A DNA stretch of 64,000 nucleotides from positions 1 through 64,000 of IMG/VR virus record IMGVR_UViG_3300025117_000038. The stretch is one strand, 5' to 3'. Positions 59,725 to 64,000 of this stretch are shown here, one piece after another. The stretch's first letter is position 1, and each line of letters starts with the position of its first letter. The notes below the pieces were generated by a model. It was not told the DNA's origin and made no database searches. It was given only the letters and a program-made list of their open reading frames with translations. Both the position numbers and the translations under genes were made by a program. The DNA is from a virus.

Positions 59725-60741
59725 GTGGTAATATGGATGAAACAAAAGGCGCAAAGCCCCTTGAAATAGTTGGTTCCGTATCTGTTTCGATTATGTCAGA
59801 TGGGGTGTATTTATCATTTAGAGAAGAGCCTAAAACTGATGATGGTTGGGCGTCAACGGTTAATCTTCCATTTGCCATATATGAAAAATTTAAAGCTAAT
59901 AAAGTAAAAATAACTGTTTCGAAGGCAGAATAGGGGGGATAATGGTTGGTTTTGTAACATTATTATCGAGTACTGATGCTCAAACAGCATTCCCTTCTGG
60001 TTCTCATATTAAAATTAATGGGATATACCCATATCGATTGGTTGGTACAGCAGAAGCAACGGCATCGTTCTATAACGCTAGTGATGGTTTGATATATTTC
60101 TATACGGCGTATCAAAACCACCCTACTATTCCTATTACATTCCCCAATGGAGTAGAAACAAATGGTTTTGTTGTTAATACCGGAACCAACATAGGATGCA
60201 CGATAGCGGTTGAATTTTTATACGCAAACTAAAAACGAGAAAGTATGCAGAAATCTCCTATTTGAACAAATGAAATATAAATAGGAGACTTTCTCTTATT
60301 TGGAGGATAGGATGAATAATAAGTGGATGGTGAGTTTGTCTGACGGTCAGACAATCGTTGAGACAAAACTTATCAACAACGGAAACAAGCTGAGTCCTTG
60401 GTTGCAATTATTGAATTACTTAAGGAAAAATAAGGACAAAAAAATCCTAAGTATTCAGGTGGTAATAAATGGGAAAATTTATAATACTCCACGACTGCAA
60501 CATAAAACTAATGCTAAGTTTGTTGATTCCGATAAACCAGATAGACTATGGTGTTCTAAAAAAGCATCACAGATATTTGTAGGGGGATGGACTTATTCAT
60601 CTTCTTACGGTTTATCTTATCGTTTTGGTGACTATCGACATTATTTGTGGATAGACGAAAAAACAAACGAAACTCATACCGAAATAGTTCCAATCAAGGG
60701 TCACAGAGAAGAAGTAATAGAAAAATTCTATGACGAGGTAG

Positions 60742-61251
60742 TTGGTAATGAGTGCGACATTTCAACTATATAGAGATTATGGTGAAAGTCTTCACTCTTC
60801 CAGTAATACCAACTGGGTTGTAAATTTACTTAATGTAGATAGTGTTAATTGTATTTCAACAAATTACCCAATAGCCAGACCCGATGATGGAACTATTAAA
60901 ACTTCATATGAAGCTTGGACATATTTTTATATGACCAAAGCTCCCCAGACGAGATGTGAGAACTTCAAATTCTGGGGTCCCTCAGATAATGTAGCCCAAG
61001 GAGTAACTCTTTGGTGTTCTGCAATTCCCCGCGCAAGCGGACAAACCCCATCATTAACATCTTTAATATGCGTAACTTCCGCAAGACCGCACAATACCCC
61101 AGGTACATCGGTACTTTTGAATGGAAATTGCAGTGGTGTTGGAAGTCCCTCTGGTTATTTGGTTTTACAACTTAGAGTAGATAGCTCTGCTAATATAGGT
61201 CAAATAACCGGGGACACTATGGTTATGCATATCTCGTATGACGAATCATAG
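60742..61251 (+). CDS. Putative virion structural protein
   Basis: YPI..P....SYEAW...NFKFW...YLVLQLRV...YDES pattern. Confidence 0.5.
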   Translation: MVMSATFQLYRDYGESLHSSSNTNWVVNLLNVDSVNCISTNYPIARPDDGTIKTSYEAWTYFYMTKAPQTRCENFKFWGPSDNVAQGVTLWCSAIPRASGQTPSLTSLICVTSARPHNTPGTSVLLNGNCSGVGSPSGYLVLQLRVDSSANIGQITGDTMVMHISYDES

Positions 61252-61593
61252 TCTCTCCACAAGGAGAGTATATGGGTCATAATTCAATCTATGAATGGAA
61301 AATTCTTAAAAAGGATGGTTCTATAGTTACATCTGATGGGAAAATTCTTTCTAATGTTAATCATTCTGAAATTGAATCGATTTTATTCTATCCTTTTACG
61401 TATAGATTCCCATCAATATATTATAAAACAGAAGGAAGAAAAATAATTCATTTTACCAGAGTTTTTTGTAATATTACCAATGGAGAGGTCGACAGGGTAC
61501 TTTACGTATTCGGAGTTGATGGTGATGATATTGATGTTATTGAGTATCCTTCTGGTAACTCATATAAGGTTAAAAGAATAGAGGATATAGACA

Positions 61594-62217
61594 ATGTATA
61601 ATATAGAAGAAATTAAAAATACAATAATTTGTGATGATTACAATAATGTGGTCGAGTCGATTCCAGATAATTGGGGACATTTGATTATCAGAGATTTTGA
61701 TGCTCCATTAATCTGTAACAGTAATTACAAAATTTTTGACTATTTAATTAACGAGATAAACAATATTGTAGTCAAATGGACGTCTAAACTTATTAATGGA
61801 TGTTTCTTTGTTTTTATTTTACCACAAGATTTTAGTGATGAAAATAAATATTGGAGTTATGTCTCAAATATTTCGGCTATATTTGATATGAATAATATTG
61901 TTTTACATGCTCATCAGAAAAATGCTCCAAACGGAAGACAAATTATAGTTGGAAGGAAAGGTAAAAAAACAAGAAAATATATATTTAGAGATGTAAATCT
62001 TTACGATGATACTACATATTATAAAGATGGATTGTTTTACCTACCTGTGGTAAAATTAGTTTGCGACATGACTGGTATTTCCGAAAATATTGTTGACCTT
62101 GGTTGTGGTGGGGGAACGATTTGCTTGGCAGCGAAGAAAGAGGGAAGAAATTTCATAGGGATAGATAATATAGCAGGAAACGTAAAAATATCGAGGAATA
62201 GGTTAAATGAGATATAA
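61594..62217 (+). CDS. N4/N6 DNA methyltransferase-like protein lacking DPPY
   Basis: SAM motif VDLGCGGGT..AAKKEGRNFIGID intact; IIRDFD where the catalytic xPPY is expected. Confidence 0.7.
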   Translation: MYNIEEIKNTIICDDYNNVVESIPDNWGHLIIRDFDAPLICNSNYKIFDYLINEINNIVVKWTSKLINGCFFVFILPQDFSDENKYWSYVSNISAIFDMNNIVLHAHQKNAPNGRQIIVGRKGKKTRKYIFRDVNLYDDTTYYKDGLFYLPVVKLVCDMTGISENIVDLGCGGGTICLAAKKEGRNFIGIDNIAGNVKISRNRLNEI

Positions 62218-64000
62218 AATAGGGACATATAAAAGATGGGGTCATGCCGACTACTTTACCATTGGAGATAGTCTTTCTGGTGCTAATTACGGTGGATTGG
62301 GTCATAAATTTACCGGGAGAGGGAAAGAATTATACGGTATTTATTATGGGTATTACAATATAAACACAGCAAGTAAAACAACCAGTTATTTAAATTGGTG
62401 GTTAGCTTCTGTGACTGGGAGTGGAACCCCTGGTACAATCTTGGGGTCAAGTGGAGCTATTGCATTAGGAACGGAAGATGCTTGGAATTTTAGAGATATA
62501 CCGAATAGTGCTGGAACTGGTCATGTTACACTAAATAGTGGTGTAAATTATTGTGTTTATTGTACTCTTGGGGCTGGATGGGGAACTAAGTCTGCTCATT
62601 ATACAACATATTTTTGTAAACAACCTTTGGCAAATGGTATTATTCATGTGTCATCTGGGGAAAGTTGGATTGCTACTACTGACCCTAACTTTGATGGTAT
62701 TACAACTCCACCTTATTCACTGTCTCCTACATGGTCAGATAGAAATGCCATGTGGCCGATTATGTGTAGAAATACAGATGAATCCCTCTATGGTCACGGA
62801 TATTTAGATGAATACCAAGTAACTGAATCACAAGTTACGGATTATTTCCCAGTTTTTTATAATGATACCAATCGTAAGGTTGTCGGGGCTGGCTATTCTT
62901 ATTGGTATGGAGCCACTAACTTTACTAATGTGGGAGATTTAAGATTTAGAATTATTGAGGGACGAGATAATACCGACCCAACTGATATTGTTGGTACGTC
63001 ATTTACTATTAAACACTCCGCTTATTTTAATAATCTTTCTTCGGCATATGTTTCAACATCGTTAAGTGAAGCATCAATATACCCGGCTTCTGGTGGAATT
63101 TTGCTTGAAGCTGGTAAATGGTATACAGTGGGGTTCTATTCATGCAGTGCTTATCCAACAAGAATAGGGGGGACTGATGCCCATATTTATTCTCAACTTG
63201 CCACTACTTTAACTTATGATAGTGGAAATTCATATGTATACAAAAAATCAACTACCACAAGGAAAACTACTCATGATTTTCCTTATTATTTAGAAGTTGA
63301 AGATTATTATTCTTTAGCGTCTGTATACGGATATGTTTATTATTCCGATTATACAAAACCAATACAAAATGGACTAATAGATATATATTATAGTGGAGAA
63401 CTACAAATGACAACAACATCTGATGCGTCTGGGTATTATGAAGCCATTGCATCAACAGGTGGAATAACTCTTATCCCAAGGAAATATGATTTTGATTTCA
63501 ATCCACAATATTATAATATTAATTTACAAAACAAAACAGAACAATTAATTTATGCAAGTAGTCAATCTAAGTGGTGGAGCTATAGTAGTCCCACTGGGAA
63601 GGGTTCTTTATTTGCTTTTAGAGATTTAATATCCTTCACATCAAACCATGGAACAATTCCAAAGGGATACACCGTTAAAATAGAATTCCCCACTGGATAT
63701 CAGGAAAGATTTGCCACTTCTGCATATTTTAATGAATCTATTCAACACTCCATGGGACAAGGAATTATTTACTGTGATGGTAAGATACATGCATGTTATT
63801 TGGCTACTGGGGCAGGAGTAAGGGTCGCAACAAAAGACGAAACAACTAAAGAAATAACAGTTAATCGTATTTTTTCTAAGTCCGGCGTTGCTGTTTGGGA
63901 TACCCATTACTATCCTAATTTAGTATCTAATAAAAATAATTATATATATGTTGGTGTTGCTGGACATAATTCCGGTAAATTGGATTTGTTAAAAAGCGTT
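62207..64000 (+). CDS. Large virion/tail-associated protein, runs off the window end
   Basis: Frame from ATG 62207 (MRYKIGTYKRWGHADYF...) in phase with the window end; G/S/T/Y-rich; absent from the ORF track, probably because it has no stop; both ends read by hand, middle not checked codon by codon. Confidence 0.65.
   Translation, partial: MRYKIGTYKRWGHADYFTIGDSLSGANYGGLGHKFTGRGKELYGIYYGYYNINTASKTTSYLNWWLASVTGSGTPGTILGSSGAIALGTEDAWNFRDIPNSAGTGHVTLNSGVNYCVYCTLGAGWGTKSAHYTTYFCKQPLANGIIHVSSGESWIATTDPNFDGITTPPYSLSPTWSDRNAMWPIMCRNTDESLYGHGYLDEYQVTESQVTDYFPVFYNDTNRKVVGAGYSYWYGATNFTNVGDLRFRIIEGRDNTDPTDIVGTSFTIKHSAYFNNLSSAYVSTSLSEASIYPASGGILLEAGKWYTVGFYSCSAYPTRIGGTDAHIYSQLATTLTYDSGNSYVYKKSTTTRKTTHDFPYYLEVEDYYSLASVYGYVYYSDYTKPIQNGLIDIYYSGELQMTTTSDASGYYEAIASTGGITLIPRKYDFDFNPQYYNINLQNKTEQLIYASSQSKWWSYSSPTGKGSLFAFRDLISFTSNHGTIPKGYTVKIEFPTGYQERFATSAYFNESIQHSMGQGIIYCDGKIHACYLATGAGVRVATKDETTKEITVNRIFSKSGVAVWDTHYYPNLVSNKNNYIYVGVAGHNSGKLDLLKSV

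Noticed and set aside
62553-63907. Short ORFs 62553..62807, 63267..63455 and 63641..63907
   Set aside because: Alternate-frame or antisense shadows of the long ORF starting at 62207

Overview
AT-rich 64 kb segment of a large tailed dsDNA bacteriophage (Caudoviricetes), standard genetic code, probably infecting a diderm host. Layout: (1-10.4 kb, +) short early-type genes with a sigma-like factor, RtcB and a radical SAM enzyme. (9.0-12.3 kb) mostly non-coding control region with a 12-bp repeat array, palindromes, a perfect parS 16-mer, a dif-like site and strong divergent promoters. (12.3-15 kb, +) a compact cassette closed by a terminator. (15.7-31.2 kb, -) accessory genes, RNA-repair enzymes and a dispersed tRNA array: 12 intact tRNAs, 2 interrupted tRNAs, several remnants and 3 unusual structured RNAs. 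(31.3-50 kb, +) a 99-nt tmRNA-like RNA lacking the mRNA domain, a glycosyltransferase/sugar-nucleotide cluster, class II ribonucleotide reductase with an HNH intein, a sliding clamp-like protein and a sigma-like factor. (50.5-64 kb, +) terminase, portal, protease, scaffold, capsid and virion genes. Most notable: the mini-tmRNA; a 32-bp TA-flanked micro-element in three clear copies (plus derivatives) that interrupts tRNA genes and a CDS; tRNA-mimic RNAs including a double T-loop RNA; and a dense cluster of host chromosome-maintenance motifs. All protein and RNA calls come from motif recognition by eye; no database searches or folding programs were run.
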